Virus record (IMG/VR): IMGVR_UViG_3300010883_000008
Span: 66,668-99,426 of that record
Direction: 5' to 3' (one strand)
Length of the DNA: 32,759 nucleotides
From: a virus
Taxonomy: Duplodnaviria; Heunggongvirae; Uroviricota; Caudoviricetes
The notes under the pieces are model-generated. The model searched no databases and was not told the origin of the DNA. It worked only from the letters and a program-made list of their open reading frames with translations. Positions 31,768 through 32,759 of the stretch are shown piece after piece; positions within the stretch are counted from its first letter, which is position 1; each line of letters starts with the position of its first letter. A program made the translations under genes and the position numbers.

Positions 31768-32128
31768 GACCTCCATCCCAGCAACGCCTACTCCACAGTA
31801 AAACAAATAGGGTACTTAAATGCGTAAGCACGCGGGAGTTCATGTGTCTCGTCTTAAGTGGCGGAGGAGGCAGGAGTTAGCACATCTTGCCCGAAAGTGT
31901 TAACGTTCCCTTACATAGAGGCACGTGGGTCTATGTAGTTGCACGGCAAATTCGTGGGAATGCGTGTCTCACGTGGTGATCTTGGTGGGGGGAAATCCCG
32001 TGTGTTTGATACCCTAAAAAAATACTACCAAAAAAATAAAAATGCACAAGCCTAAGTAGTTTCGCAAAGGCGACCCAGATACCGGACATACCCCAGTTGA
32101 CCCAGAGTACCCAAAGTACCAAGCAAAA

Positions 32129-32249
32129 TGATACATATGTATCGTTTTGATACGTATCATAATGCAACACGTGTATCAAAACAATACACGTGTATCAAAA
32201 TGCAACACACGCGGCATAATGATACACGTGTATCATTGTGATACACAAT
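32129..32249. repeat. Cluster of GATAC/GTATC-armed palindromes
   Basis: GATACATATGTATC (32130-32143), TGATACGTATCA (32148-32159), ACACGTGTATC (32167-32177), ATACACGTGTAT (32184-32195), AATGATACACGTGTATCATT (32218-32237). Confidence 0.7.
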
Positions 32250-32286
32250 TGCCCCCGTGTTAAGCGGGGGGGTTTGTGATATGTGG

Positions 32287-32613
32287 TTAGAATAACCACG
32301 TTAGACCGAGTAGGCAACATACACACGCAAGGCCAATTATAAGCCCCCGTGTTACGCAACCCACCAACATTGCCAAGTCCAGTGTATTGTCCGCAATATA
32401 CCCAGTTGCCCAACGTGTCATATTGTCGCGTATCGCACCGTCAAGACGTTTGAGGATGATGAGCGGGTTGTACGGTAGTTTCCCGTCCCGGTTGCGTAAG
32501 GCATCAACGTAGGTAGCCGGGGGGTATGTTTTGGAGGGTATCGTCAAAGCCAAAAACCACGTAAGGGAAACAGCCCCCGTAGCGAGTAGCACAATGAGAA
32601 GTAGGTCAGGCAT
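32287..32613 (-). CDS. Two-TM membrane protein
   Basis: Hydrophobic N- and C-terminal segments. Confidence 0.5.
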   Translation of the reverse strand: MPDLLLIVLLATGAVSLTWFLALTIPSKTYPPATYVDALRNRDGKLPYNPLIILKRLDGAIRDNMTRWATGYIADNTLDLAMLVGCVTRGLIIGLACVCCLLGLTWLF

Positions 32614-32649
32614 AATAGTCCCCGATTAAGGGTTGTGACGTTAGTAACG

Positions 32650-32705
32650 AAACAGAGAGAAGGGGGGTTGCGTTAGTGGGATTGTCCCGGTTATCGCAAC
32701 CCCCC
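32650..32705 (-). terminator. Long hairpin, probable terminator
   Basis: 11-bp inverted repeat GGGGGGTTGCG (32662-32672) / CGCAACCCCCC (32695-32705) with inner GGGA/TCCC stem, followed on the minus strand by UUCUCUCUGUUU. Confidence 0.55.
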
Positions 32706-32759
32706 AAGGGAGTGTAACGTAGGGGGTTATTTAACCCCGGCAGCAAGTGCAGCAAGTTC

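Noticed and set aside
11-31769. Plus-strand ORFs in the ORF track (e.g. 11-328, 1069-1371, 16096-16377, 24481-24915, 26190-26585)
   Set aside because: All lie antisense to longer minus-strand genes with recognisable motifs. They lack SD sites and family motifs, so they are shadow ORFs.
31931-32413. Minus-strand ORFs 31931-32179 and 32195-32413
   Set aside because: They run through the palindrome and A-tract array, have no SD, and show low-complexity-driven composition; probably non-coding.
1-32759. tRNA, rRNA, integrase, transposase, or structural and packaging genes
   Set aside because: No cloverleaf/T-loop motifs or such protein families were recognised, so the phage assignment and host identity remain inferences from gene content and organisation.

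Overview
Gene-dense window (about 65 CDS) in which essentially every credible CDS lies on the minus strand, with many stop/start overlaps. There are no structural or housekeeping genes, tRNAs or CRISPR arrays. The content (ThyX-like, MazG-like, DEDDh exonuclease, T4-endonuclease-V-like, many short ORFans, near-consensus sigma70 promoters) points to an accessory region of a large phage or phage-like element. A Planctomycetota-type host is inferred only from the CsrA-like, stand-alone RNAP alpha-CTD and papain/thioredoxin-like genes. Main blocks: (i) 1-8011, NDP-sugar/aminosugar tailoring genes (B12 radical SAM, DegT, epimerase, SDRs, cupin, Gfo/Idh/MocA, sulfotransferase); (ii) 8014-14547, nucleotide metabolism and host-regulator mimics; (iii) 14610-17448, membrane proteins plus a papain-like peptidase; (iv) 17506-23849, a nonulosonic-acid module (NeuB, NeuA, HAD phosphatase, two GT29-like sialyltransferases, methyl- and sulfotransferases); (v) 23846-32613, DNA-binding, repair and small regulatory genes with several strong promoters. 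The most striking non-gene signal is a dispersed palindrome, GTGCAA-N3-5-TTGCAC, found 11 times exactly and once with one mismatch. Half of the copies sit inside genes and half at gene junctions. All product calls come from motif recognition by eye; no database searches were run.
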